From Candidatus Woesearchaeota archaeon (lineage in GTDB: Archaea; Nanobdellota; Nanobdellia; Pacearchaeales; GW2011-AR1), in the NCBI GenBank assembly GCA_964437555.1, contig CAYTHI010000002.1:7653-71652 (forward strand): a stretch of 64,000 bases of DNA, written 5' to 3'. The notes below the pieces were generated by a model, which saw only the letters and a list, made by a program, of their open reading frames with translations, had not been told where the DNA came from and did no database searches. A program made the position numbers and the translations under genes. Positions 44,094 through 53,545 of this stretch are shown here, one piece after another; positions within the stretch are counted from its first letter, which is position 1, and every line of letters begins with the position of its first letter.

Positions 44094-44181
44094 GTCCCCG
44101 TAGCTCAGTTGGTTAGAGCGCACGGCTGTTAAAATTAGTTTAGAAACCGTGATGTCCGAGGTTCGAGTCCTCGCGGGGACG
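44094..44181 (+). tRNA. tRNA-Asn (anticodon GTT) with a 14-nt intron
   Basis: Acceptor GTCCCCG/CGGGGAC, D-arm GCTC-AGTTGGTTA-GAGC, anticodon stem CACGG/CCGTG with loop CTGTTA-A split by AAATTAGTTTAGAA, T-arm CGAGG-TTCGAGT-CCTCG. Confidence 0.75.
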
Positions 44182-44230
44182 TTCTATCTCTCTAAGATAA
44201 ATTTAAATTTAATTATTAATTACCAATACA

Positions 44231-44734
44231 ATGGATTATAACATCATCGGCTACGGAAGCTTGTTAAGCCACAAGTCCCTGAAAGAAGACTGCAAAGACA
44301 AAAAATTCAAACAAGTAATAGTAAAAGGATATAAAAGAATTTTCAATATAGATGAAGGCAACAGCCATGATGTTTTAAATCTCACCCCTGAAAAAAGTTC
44401 TGCCTTCAACGGAGTTCTGTTCAAAGTAAACGATAGGGAATTAAAAAAATTAAAAGAGCGCGAGGACTGGTATAATATAGAAGAATCAGAATGTTACAAT
44501 TTTAATACAAATAAAAAAGCAGGAAAATGCCTTCTATTCATAGACCACATGATACTGATAGACAAGCATCACAAAAATCCGGACAAAAGGTATTTTATAC
44601 TATGCAGGGAGGCAGCATATCATATAAGCAAAAAATTCGGCAGGTATTGGGATGAAACTACATATGTATCATCAGGAAAAAAAGTTTCTGAATGGATAAA
44701 GACAAATCCAGAATATAATACAATAAAAAATTAA
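44231..44734 (+). CDS. Gamma-glutamyl cyclotransferase (AIG2/GGCT)-like protein
   Basis: N-terminal IIGYGSLL matches the GGCT-fold YGSN/L motif. Confidence 0.45.
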   Translation: MDYNIIGYGSLLSHKSLKEDCKDKKFKQVIVKGYKRIFNIDEGNSHDVLNLTPEKSSAFNGVLFKVNDRELKKLKEREDWYNIEESECYNFNTNKKAGKCLLFIDHMILIDKHHKNPDKRYFILCREAAYHISKKFGRYWDETTYVSSGKKVSEWIKTNPEYNTIKN

Positions 44735-45354
44735 ACTTTGGTTCTCCAAAATTTATCCAAGTCAGTAAGAGTCAAATAACTCTCCATTATCTTTAAATAC
44801 AATTTCTTTTGCTCTTTATTGAGAAGAAAATTATAATCGTGGCTTTTAGTCCAATGGTGAGATGATATAAGCTTAGCTACTTCCCTCTTATCAAATGTAA
44901 GCTCACCAAAATCCAAAAGAATTATTTTTTCATTTCTGTCAAGCCCATAATTAATCCCAAAATTAAATATTCTATCTTGGAATCCATATTTCCAGCATTC
45001 TTTTATAAAAATCGCATAATCTCTGAATATCTTTTCAAGATTTTCTTCTGATTTTATCAATTTTTTCAGGGGAATTGCCTTATCCTGCCATATATTATTT
45101 CCGTCAAAAACAGGATTGCCTAAAAGAGAAGGTTTTATTTTTCTGCTCTTTATGCCAGTTATAGAATTAACTCTAGAATGTTCCAGATTTTTTATATGCT
45201 TATTAAAAAATAAATAAGAGGGTTCAAAAAATGCCCATTTGAACAAAGTAAAAATTATTCCATATATTGAGCGTGGTATTTTAAGAACTCTGTCTCCATA
45301 ATCATAAACAACATATTGCAGACCTTTGCCTATTTTGTTAGCCATATTTAGCAC
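44731..45354 (-). CDS. Protein-kinase-like fold protein (atypical small kinase)
   Basis: Gly-rich GKGLQYVVYDYGDRVLKI (P-loop/VAIK-like) and ILLDFGEL (DFG-like) motifs. Confidence 0.45.
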   Translation of the reverse strand: MLNMANKIGKGLQYVVYDYGDRVLKIPRSIYGIIFTLFKWAFFEPSYLFFNKHIKNLEHSRVNSITGIKSRKIKPSLLGNPVFDGNNIWQDKAIPLKKLIKSEENLEKIFRDYAIFIKECWKYGFQDRIFNFGINYGLDRNEKIILLDFGELTFDKREVAKLISSHHWTKSHDYNFLLNKEQKKLYLKIMESYLTLTDLDKFWRTKV

Positions 45355-45402
45355 AAATAGTTCAATTTAAAAATTTTTAAACCTTCTTACCAAGATAGAG
45401 TC

Positions 45403-46500
45403 ATGGAAAAACAAAAGACAGTTGTCGTAGGCCTTTCTGGAGGCGTAGATTCAGCCGTAGCTGCCTTTCTTCTGAAAAAGCAGGGATATAAAGTGATAGG
45501 CGCTTTCATGAAAAACTTTTCAGATACAAAAAATATGCTGACAGAAGAATGCAATTGGGTTGAAGAAAAAAAAGAAGCCATTAAGGTTGCAGCGCACCTT
45601 AAAATTCCGCTTGTTGTTTTTGATTTTGAGGAAGAATATAAAAAATATGTTATAGCTCCGATGATTAAAGCATACTCAAAAGGCTTGACACCTAATCCTG
45701 ATGCATTGTGCAATAAAATAATAAAATTTCCTTTATTCTGGAAAGAAGCAAAAAAGCTTGGAGCAGATTACATGGCATTTGGTCATTATATAAAAAGCAA
45801 AAAAACAAAATCCGAATATAAACTCTTCATTCCCGAAAATAAAAAAAAAGACCAGTCCTACTTCCTATACCAATTGAATCAGAAAGATTTAGAACATGCA
45901 CTTTTCCCAATAGGAGATTATACAAAACTAGGAATCAGGAAAATAGCAAAGAAAAACAATTTTCCTAATTATAACAGAAAAAGCACTTCCGGAATATGTT
46001 TTGTGGGAAAAGTCAACCTGAAAGATTTTCTAAGCAAGAAGATTAAGCCAAAAGAAGGAAATATTTTGTCAACTGAAGGAGAAATTATAGGAACTCATCC
46101 GGGCATATTTTATTACACAAACGGGCAAAGAATAGGTGAATCATTAGGATTTCATATAAGCAATAAATATCTAAATAAAGAAAAAAATAAATTATACATA
46201 GCGGAAAAAGACAAAACAAGGAATACTATAACAATAGCTCCTAAAGGTCATTCTGCCCTAAAGAAAAAAGAATTAGTAATAATTAATTTCAATTTAATAA
46301 ATAAAAATAATAGAATTCCATTAAATTGCAAGGTAAGAATACGGCATCTCGGCTCTCTAATGGACGTAAGATTAAAAAAACAACACAATAAATTTCTATG
46401 TATTCTGAAAAAACCTGTCCTCGGTCTCGCAGAAGGCCAATCCGCAGTTATCTATAATGGCAAAGAAGTTTTAGGCGGCGGAGAGATTAGATTTAAATAA
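45403..46500 (+). CDS. mnmA: tRNA-specific 2-thiouridylase MnmA
   Basis: PP-loop VVVGLSGGVDSAVAA; C-terminal catalytic Cys region; 365 aa. Confidence 0.8.
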   Translation: MEKQKTVVVGLSGGVDSAVAAFLLKKQGYKVIGAFMKNFSDTKNMLTEECNWVEEKKEAIKVAAHLKIPLVVFDFEEEYKKYVIAPMIKAYSKGLTPNPDALCNKIIKFPLFWKEAKKLGADYMAFGHYIKSKKTKSEYKLFIPENKKKDQSYFLYQLNQKDLEHALFPIGDYTKLGIRKIAKKNNFPNYNRKSTSGICFVGKVNLKDFLSKKIKPKEGNILSTEGEIIGTHPGIFYYTNGQRIGESLGFHISNKYLNKEKNKLYIAEKDKTRNTITIAPKGHSALKKKELVIINFNLINKNNRIPLNCKVRIRHLGSLMDVRLKKQHNKFLCILKKPVLGLAEGQSAVIYNGKEVLGGGEIRFK

Positions 46501-46520
46501 AATTCACTATTAATATTAAC

Positions 46521-47068
46521 ATGAAAACAGCAGTTTTAGTAGTGGATATGGTAAAAGACCTTTTTAACAAAGTTAATCTTACAAAGAATAAATTAGGAAT
46601 GATTAATAATATCAATGCTCTAACAAATTACGCAAGAAGTAAAAAAATACCTGTATTCTTTATTAAGCAGGAATTTAAGCCGGATTTGTCAGATGCTTAT
46701 TTATGAAAAAAAGAAATGAAAAAACAACAATAAAGGGAACAAATGGGGCTCAATTTTTAGACAAACTTGTTATTGAAAAGAAAGATAAAATAATAATTAA
46801 GAAAAAATGGAGTGCCTTCTTTAATACAAGCCTTGAGCAACAGCTGAAAAAATTAAGGATAAATAATATAATAATTGCAGGAATATACACTCATGCCCGT
46901 GTTAGAACAACAGCAATTGACGCATATCAAAGAGATTATAATGTTGTTTTAGCCAAGGATTGCATCTCCTCATGGGATAAAAAGCACGAAGAAATAACCT
47001 TAAGCTACCTGAATTTGGGTTTAAAAATCCCTCTACTTTCAAATAATCAAATTAAGAATATTGTATAA
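46521..47068 (+). pseudogene. Isochorismatase-family hydrolase split into two ORFs (46521..46706 and 46703..47068) by a frameshift in an A7 run
   Basis: The N-terminal AVLVVDMVKDLF and C-terminal IIIAGIYTHARVRTTAIDAYQRDYNVVLAKDC are the two halves of one isochorismatase fold; the break falls in TATGAAAAAAAG. Confidence 0.55.
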
Positions 47069-47105
47069 CAACAACTTTTTATATAAGAACGTCCTACTCT
47101 AAGCT

Positions 47106-47366
47106 ATGAGTATAGATAATTTCATTAGCGATGAAGAAAATGAAAGAATTCTAATTGGTTCTTTAAGAGGAGCAGTAAGAGCTTTCACTAAGCCTCTGGG
47201 ATTCTTCAAAGAAAGGAGAAGACAACTGGAAGAATGGGGAGAAACTGATATCTCAAAATATAGTGCGTTTAGTGTAGAAACATTTAAGCTCGTAGCAGTA
47301 GCAAGTTTAATTGCAGCAAGCTGGGATTATACTACAAGAATAATAGATTACCTAAGCCAGCATTAA
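47106..47366 (+). CDS. Small hypothetical protein
   Basis: 86-aa ORF. Confidence 0.4.
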   Translation: MSIDNFISDEENERILIGSLRGAVRAFTKPLGFFKERRRQLEEWGETDISKYSAFSVETFKLVAVASLIAASWDYTTRIIDYLSQH

Positions 47367-47410
47367 TAAATCAGCAACATCTTTTTATACTTCTTTTTTC
47401 TCTATAAACC

Positions 47411-47971
47411 ATGGAATTAGACCAGGCAATAAGCTCAAGAAGATCAGTAAGAGATTTTACAAATAAGAAAGCCGCCTGGGATAAAGTGATAGAGGCGATA
47501 GATTCTGCAATTCAATCTCCTGTTGCAACCAACAGCCTCCCTCTAAAATTTGTTATAGTTCAGGATCCAAAGACTATATTTAGCATTGCCAAAGCCGCAA
47601 ATCAGCCATGGATAGCAAATTCAAAAATGCTCATCTTGATTTGCTCAGACCACACTCATTTGGAAAAGTTATACGGGGAAAAAGGATTAATTTATGGAAG
47701 ACAGCAGGCAGGAGCATCAATACAAAATTTTCTTCTAAAAATTACAGACTTAGGATTAGCAACATGCTGGATTGGCTCTTATGACGAAGATAAAATAAGA
47801 AGCCTGGCAGAAATACCGAAAGAAATAAATGTTGAAGCAATTCTCCCATTAGGATATGCAAAAAAGAAAGCTCCAAAGCCAAAAAAGCCGTCTTTAGAAT
47901 CTTCCATCTACTGGGAAAAATGGGGAAATAAAAGGCGCCCTACATTAATCAAAGATCCTGAAATGTGGTAA
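47411..47971 (+). CDS. Nitroreductase-family protein
   Basis: N-terminal SSRRSVRDFT and nitroreductase-fold length (186 aa). Confidence 0.75.
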   Translation: MELDQAISSRRSVRDFTNKKAAWDKVIEAIDSAIQSPVATNSLPLKFVIVQDPKTIFSIAKAANQPWIANSKMLILICSDHTHLEKLYGEKGLIYGRQQAGASIQNFLLKITDLGLATCWIGSYDEDKIRSLAEIPKEINVEAILPLGYAKKKAPKPKKPSLESSIYWEKWGNKRRPTLIKDPEMW

Positions 47972-47981
47972 GAATAATTTT

Positions 47982-48302
47982 ATGAAAATAAAAAATATTT
48001 TCTCTGATATTCCTAAAGATTTATCAAAAGAAATATTTGAGCAGATTATTGCTGTAGATAAAATAAAAATAGAAAGAATTATTTCAAAAGGACATTCAGC
48101 TCCGGACAATAAATGGTATAATCAAAAAAGGAGCGAATTTGTAATAATTCTTAAAGGAAATGCAGAATTATTATTTGAAAAAAATAATAAAATAATAAAA
48201 ATGAAAAAAGGAGATTACATTAATATTCTCAAGCACGTCAAACATAGAGTTATAAAAACAAACCCTGAAAAAGAAACAATCTGGTTAGCTGTATTTTATT
48301 AA
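47982..48302 (+). CDS. Cupin-domain protein
   Basis: 106 aa; beta-barrel motif region KKGDYINILKHVKHRV. Confidence 0.6.
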   Translation: MKIKNIFSDIPKDLSKEIFEQIIAVDKIKIERIISKGHSAPDNKWYNQKRSEFVIILKGNAELLFEKNNKIIKMKKGDYINILKHVKHRVIKTNPEKETIWLAVFY

Positions 48303-48308
48303 AAAAAT

Positions 48309-48788
48309 TTAAGCAACCAATTTTGTTCCATTTTGAGGTTTTGCCAAAAGATGCTCAACTTCTAAATAGTTATCTTGAGTAAGCCTACGCGTAAGCATTT
48401 TTTCAAAGAAGCGCATTTCTGCTAACCTTCCACCAGCTTGGTTCGATTGACGATAAGTTTTTCTTCCTAGCTTATCAAGACCAGAAAGAATTTGCGACGA
48501 AAGGTCGTCATACGAAGCAAATCTTTGAGCAAAACGCCTAAACTCTATCCAGTTTAAAGGTTCATTAGAATTAAATGCTCGACGGGTTTCATCTTCAGAA
48601 AATCCCAGTCGTTCGTTATTAATAACTAAACGCCAATAGCTCTCTTCAGTTCCATTATATCCTTCTGGAAGACTTACAGGATCACAAGCAGCAAGAACAC
48701 CATAAATCGTGTCCGCATGTCTCTGAAGGCTATCTGCTCTTCCCGCAATCCTCTCTCTCAAAGTCGCATCCATCAAACATAATGACAT
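48309..48788 (-). CDS. Hypothetical protein with GC-enriched, Arg-rich composition (possible HEPN-like R-x6-H motif)
   Basis: 159-aa ORF whose composition and codon use differ from neighbouring genes; RADSLQRH near the N-terminus. Confidence 0.45.
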   Translation of the reverse strand: MSLCLMDATLRERIAGRADSLQRHADTIYGVLAACDPVSLPEGYNGTEESYWRLVINNERLGFSEDETRRAFNSNEPLNWIEFRRFAQRFASYDDLSSQILSGLDKLGRKTYRQSNQAGGRLAEMRFFEKMLTRRLTQDNYLEVEHLLAKPQNGTKLVA

Positions 48789-48875
48789 TAATTATTTAAA
48801 AATGTTCGTGTAAAAATTATTTCCCTAAAAATCAAAAAAAAGAAAAAGGCAAAAAAATAAAAATAAAATCTGCCT

Positions 48876-49955
48876 TTATCTGAAGACTTCTATGCCTAAT
48901 TCAGACATTTCTGATCTGGCTCCTGAAGGTTCAGGATATTGGTCTTTGCCTAAAACATAAGGCGATTTAACGCCTGTAATTATAGTAATGACCCTTACCT
49001 TTCCTCCGAACTCTTTGTTGATTCTTGCGCCAATAATAACATTGGCTTCCGGATTCAAATTCTCTGTTACAAGCTGGCCAACACCGGCAAATTCTTCAAG
49101 CTTGAAGTCAGGCCCGCACGTTATATGGATTAAAGAACCTGTGGCGCCCCTGTAATCAACATCCAATAAAGGATGTGTCAGAGCCTGCCTTACAGCTTCC
49201 TCAACTCTCATAGAACTGTCAGACTCTCCAATGCCAATAACTGCAACGTTACCGTTCTTCATAATAGCTGAAACGTCAGCATAGTCTAAGTCGATCAATG
49301 ATGGCAAGGTAATTGTTTCCACTATTCCTTTAATCATTGTACTTATCAGCTCGTTTGCTACTGCGAAGGCCTGTTCCATTGGCAAATTACCTGCTATATC
49401 TACAAGCCTGTTGTTATCAATAACAATAACAGTATCTGTAACCTCTTTAAGCTCTTGAAGTCCGAATTCTGCCTTATCTACTCTGGCCCTTTCACACTCA
49501 AATGGCATTGTAACAACTGCGATTACAACTCCGCCTGCTTCTTTAGCAAGCTGTGCAACAACCGGAGCAGTTCCTGTTCCTGTACCTCCGCCCATTCCTG
49601 CCAGAACAAATACCATGTCCGCCCCTGAAGTAGCTTTCTTAAGCTCTGACAAAGCTTCCTTTGCAGCTTCTCTTCCTTTTTGAGGATATCCGCCGCATCC
49701 TAAACCTCTTGTCAATTCCTTGCCAATTAAGATTTTTTCATCCGCCTTGGTAATACTTAAGTGCAAAGCATCTGTATTTATGCCGTAAACACTGGCGCCG
49801 TTAATGCCTTTGTTGAAAAGCCATGTAGACATATTACATCCTGCTCCTCCGCAGCCAAAAACCTTGATATTGGCCTTTCCGGCCCTTAATTCATCAAAAT
49901 TAATACTATGCGTAGATGCATTCTGAATTGCTTCTTTTGCAAAATCTAGTACCAT
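48876..49955 (-). CDS. ftsZ: Cell division GTPase FtsZ
   Basis: Tubulin signature AGMGGGTGTGTAPVVA; N-terminal GCGGAG. Confidence 0.9.
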   Translation of the reverse strand: MVLDFAKEAIQNASTHSINFDELRAGKANIKVFGCGGAGCNMSTWLFNKGINGASVYGINTDALHLSITKADEKILIGKELTRGLGCGGYPQKGREAAKEALSELKKATSGADMVFVLAGMGGGTGTGTAPVVAQLAKEAGGVVIAVVTMPFECERARVDKAEFGLQELKEVTDTVIVIDNNRLVDIAGNLPMEQAFAVANELISTMIKGIVETITLPSLIDLDYADVSAIMKNGNVAVIGIGESDSSMRVEEAVRQALTHPLLDVDYRGATGSLIHITCGPDFKLEEFAGVGQLVTENLNPEANVIIGARINKEFGGKVRVITIITGVKSPYVLGKDQYPEPSGARSEMSELGIEVFR

Positions 49956-50084
49956 TTACTCTTTTTTTCATACCTCCTTTCAGTTTTATGTTAGAAATCT
50001 ATACTCCCTTCTTTAAATATTTGACTATATCACAATTGCAACAATAAAAAGAGTTATAAATCTATAAATCGCCTGTTTTTTACA

Positions 50085-50693
50085 ATGATAGCAATAAATC
50101 CTTCAAGGCAGGCGGCAGAAGAAGACTCATATCGCGAAGATTCTGATGAAGAGCTCTTTGAAAGATACTGTTCAGAACGCGATGAGCGCGCTTTTGAAGT
50201 TTTAGTAGCAAAATATACTCCAATGATAATAAGCTATTGCGGTGCTGCACTACCTTATTTAAAGGAAGACATAACTCAAGAAACATTTATGGCAGTGCAT
50301 AAAAACAGACACGGATTTAACACAAGCAAAGGAAGTTTTAAAAATTGGATATACCAAATCGCTCGGAGCAAAGTAATAGATCACCTAAGAAAATCTAAAG
50401 GAAAAAAGATGCTATCTTTAGACGCCCAGGAGCCCGATGAAAATAGCCTGGACTCATTATTAGAAGCAAGGCAGGAGAGGGAAATAAACACGACAGATTT
50501 TGGCTCGCTGCAGCCGCATGTTGATATTCTTCCGCATTCCCAAAGAGAAAATATAATTTTAGTTTATGAAAGAGGCTTTAGTCTTAGGCAGTCTGCAGAG
50601 ATTAGGCAAAAAAAGATTGGCACAATAAAAAGCTCTTTAAGTGCCGGTCTTAAAAATCTTAGAGGCAATACCCGAGCTATTCAAGCAGCCTAA
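50085..50693 (+). CDS. ECF-type RNA polymerase sigma-70 factor-like protein (bacterial-type) in archaeal context
   Basis: Region-2 block FEVLVAKYTPMIISYC...EDITQETFMAVHKNRHGFN...FKNWIYQIARSKVIDHLRK and region-4 HTH block RENIILVYERGFSLRQSAEIRQKKIGTIKSSLSAGLKNLR. Confidence 0.65.
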   Translation: MIAINPSRQAAEEDSYREDSDEELFERYCSERDERAFEVLVAKYTPMIISYCGAALPYLKEDITQETFMAVHKNRHGFNTSKGSFKNWIYQIARSKVIDHLRKSKGKKMLSLDAQEPDENSLDSLLEARQEREINTTDFGSLQPHVDILPHSQRENIILVYERGFSLRQSAEIRQKKIGTIKSSLSAGLKNLRGNTRAIQAA

Positions 50694-51715
50694 TCCCTCG
50701 CAAAGCTCTCTGCAACTAAAAGCGGAAAAAGTATCGTCGCATCGCCAAAAACTTTGACACTTTTAGCATTTTTCCTGATTTTTCCCCATGAGATTGCTTC
50801 TTCAGGCAATGCCCCTGAATCAGAAGCATCATATTCGTAAGAAGTATTAATATAAACAGCATAATCAGCTCCGTTCCTAAGCATATTTGCGTTAAGAATA
50901 GAATGCTTGACAACTCCTGCACCCAAAACAATAATTCCTGATTTTTTCAAGCCAATTGTTAAGTCATTAAATCTCTTTACATCTTCAGCGATATCCAAAA
51001 CAATATTTTTTTTAAATTTGAAAAAATAAATATTGTCCCCTAAAGCCCCGTCTGTAATTGCAGGGCAATAAACAGGAATTTTATTTTTCCACGCCCAATA
51101 ATAAATACTCTTCCCGTTATTTATTTTCTCTCCCAATTTCCAAATAAGTTCAGAAGGAGTTATAGCCCTGTTCTCCTTCTTAGACAAATTATACAATTCC
51201 TCAAGAACAGGATGAACAAATTTTTCAAATTCAACATACCTGTTATTTGGAACAAAAATATTTCCTATCCTGTTTATCCCTCTATTTCTTAATTCCTTTC
51301 CGGATGCCCTGAAATCTCCTATGTAAAAATCACCTAAGCATTTTATAATATCTTCCTCAATTCCTCCCGCAGTCGTCACAAGACAATTGACTTTTTTATG
51401 TTTTACAAGCCATCTTATAATATCTCTATTCCCTGAAGAAACCATGTTTGATGTATATCCTAAAAATATAAATGCATTTTCCTTAATCATGCTATTAATA
51501 ATATCAATGGCTTTGGAAAATTCACTCGCCTGCGCACCCGAACTTCTAAAGCTATCCAAAATCCCGGCATAATCAATCCCTTCATCAAAATCATATCCTT
51601 CTACTTTAATGCCTTGAATTTCCTCGCTTTCTCTAAGTAAGTTTTTCCTGGCAATTCTCTCATTTGTATTAAATATTTTTTTTGCCATTTTAACATAATA
51701 AACAGAACAAAACAA
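50690..51715 (-). CDS. dys: Deoxyhypusine synthase
   Basis: GYTSNMVSSGNRDIIRWLVKH...LVTTAGGIEEDIIKC conserved DHS blocks. Confidence 0.85.
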   Translation of the reverse strand: MFCSVYYVKMAKKIFNTNERIARKNLLRESEEIQGIKVEGYDFDEGIDYAGILDSFRSSGAQASEFSKAIDIINSMIKENAFIFLGYTSNMVSSGNRDIIRWLVKHKKVNCLVTTAGGIEEDIIKCLGDFYIGDFRASGKELRNRGINRIGNIFVPNNRYVEFEKFVHPVLEELYNLSKKENRAITPSELIWKLGEKINNGKSIYYWAWKNKIPVYCPAITDGALGDNIYFFKFKKNIVLDIAEDVKRFNDLTIGLKKSGIIVLGAGVVKHSILNANMLRNGADYAVYINTSYEYDASDSGALPEEAISWGKIRKNAKSVKVFGDATILFPLLVAESFARD

Positions 51716-51985
51716 GAGCTACAAATCAGACAAATTCTTATGACTTTGCTCTTACGCTATTGCACATCCGAGAAATAAAAATCGCGGCTTTTTAAAGCCT
51801 CTGTCTCCATGCAAAAAGCTGACCTAAGCAACTTCTCCTTCTCCAAAATACGCAACCTCGGCCAATATAATTGACCCCCTGCGCTTTCTCTTTGGCTGTA
51901 ATTCCTATTTATATCCATGAAAGGAGCATAAGATATTACGAAAGCAAAAATACCAGCCAATACATTTCTGCTGTTTTTTCTCATC

Positions 51986-53038
51986 TTAATTATCCCGAAC
52001 TCCAAGCCTCCTTTTAAATTCCTCAAGATATTTCTTGGGAAAAAATCCTCCTGCAGCAGGAATATGCCCTCCAGAATTAGAATCATCAAATCCCTTCATG
52101 CAGACTTTAAGCAAATCAGGCATGCTGTCTTTCCTGTCATTCCTCCTGGCATTCACTGTATATCCTTCATTCATTGGCTTAACAATAATAATATTTTTGT
52201 CAGGATATTTAATTGAAATAATATTTCCTATTATTGTCCCGATCTGAAACATAGGTTTGAATTCAAAATAATAACCTCCAGGAAAGCTCTTCTTTTCGGT
52301 TTCAAATTTAACCAGAACGGAATCAATTTCTCCCTGAACCCTGCCAATATACTTTCCTAAATCTTCAATATCCCAAACTTCTGCCTTTATTGAATAGAAA
52401 ACCTTCTCCGGACTATTTATAAAATATATTAAAGCAAGAGTCAAATCCCATTGCATTCTATGAAATTTAGATTTGTTTAATGCTTGAAAATCAAATCCGG
52501 GTTTTACCATATCACTGGAATAAATTTCTCCATATTTCTTAAAAGCTTTTTTCATCCAAGCCTCATTTTTTACATTACAAAAATCAGATATGGATGCGCA
52601 TGCAACAAGCCAATCCAAATTGCTCAAATCTTTAATCTCACTTAATAGCTCATAGCATAAAAACGCTGCACAATATCCTTCTTCTCCAATAAGAAATACA
52701 CATTTTTTAGAATTAAAATCATTAACTGAAACATGATGGTCTAATATCAAAATTTCAGCAAACTTTTCCAAGCCAGTTATAAAATTTCTGTCCGTAATCA
52801 GAATATCAGTAATTATAATTTTATTTATGCCTTCCATTTCAAGCTCGCTAACAAGATTTTCATCCAAATCGCTGTAACTCAAAAATTTTACTATCTTTGC
52901 CTTAAAGACATAATTAACAACTTTTGCAGAAGATATTCCATCCAAATCATTGTGGCTAAGCAGGGCAAGGTTATCACCTTCACTTATGCCTTGTATGAAA
53001 TCATAAGCTCTTTGCCTGCTGCCTAGTCTAAATTCCAT
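51986..53038 (-). CDS. DHH/DHHA1 phosphoesterase (RecJ-like/GAN/nanoRNase-like)
   Basis: LSHNDLDGISSA (motif I/II), ILDHH (DHH motif), C-terminal GGHIPAAGG (DHHA1). Confidence 0.7.
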   Translation of the reverse strand: MEFRLGSRQRAYDFIQGISEGDNLALLSHNDLDGISSAKVVNYVFKAKIVKFLSYSDLDENLVSELEMEGINKIIITDILITDRNFITGLEKFAEILILDHHVSVNDFNSKKCVFLIGEEGYCAAFLCYELLSEIKDLSNLDWLVACASISDFCNVKNEAWMKKAFKKYGEIYSSDMVKPGFDFQALNKSKFHRMQWDLTLALIYFINSPEKVFYSIKAEVWDIEDLGKYIGRVQGEIDSVLVKFETEKKSFPGGYYFEFKPMFQIGTIIGNIISIKYPDKNIIIVKPMNEGYTVNARRNDRKDSMPDLLKVCMKGFDDSNSGGHIPAAGGFFPKKYLEEFKRRLGVRDN

Positions 53039-53133
53039 TAAAATAAGTTCTTAGATTAGTATATAAATTTTTATTAATCTATTATCAAATAAAAAATATT
53101 GCCAATTTTGATCTTTACACGATAATAGCTATA

Positions 53134-53436
53134 ATGACGGCTATAGCCCTGGCGATATTTTCCCCAAGCCTGCCAAAAATAAGTTCAACAATAAACTTAA
53201 TTACTGGTTTGATAGTATTTTTTATATTGCTTCTCTTGGTAATTTTGCTAGATATTTATCTAAAAGAAAGAAAAAGAAAAGATATCTTGGAAGAAAAAAT
53301 TGATAACATAATTAGAAATCTAAAGGAAGTAAGTAGAGAAATATCTTTTCTTAAGGAAATATTTAAAACAATAGAAGATTTATCAGGATTGAAGACAAAA
53401 ATGGAGATTATAGAGAAGAAGGTGTTTAAAAAATGA
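53134..53436 (+). CDS. Small membrane/coiled-coil protein
   Basis: 100 aa; N-terminal TM plus a Lys/Glu-rich helix; a further 38-aa TM ORF overlaps its stop (53433..53549). Confidence 0.4.
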   Translation: MTAIALAIFSPSLPKISSTINLITGLIVFFILLLLVILLDIYLKERKRKDILEEKIDNIIRNLKEVSREISFLKEIFKTIEDLSGLKTKMEIIEKKVFKK

Positions 53437-53545
53437 GCAAAACAGACGACCCCATAGAGCTATTAATACAAATAATAAAGTTTGCAGCTATAGCTATAAT
53501 AGGATTTATTCTGATAAAAGCTCTTTTACAGGCAGCAAGCGGTGC

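Noticed and set aside
51757-52089. 110-aa minus-strand ORF overlapping the 3' end of the DHH phosphoesterase gene
   Set aside because: It overlaps the DHH gene by ~100 nt in another frame. A shorter internal-Met version with one TM segment cannot be excluded but has no support.
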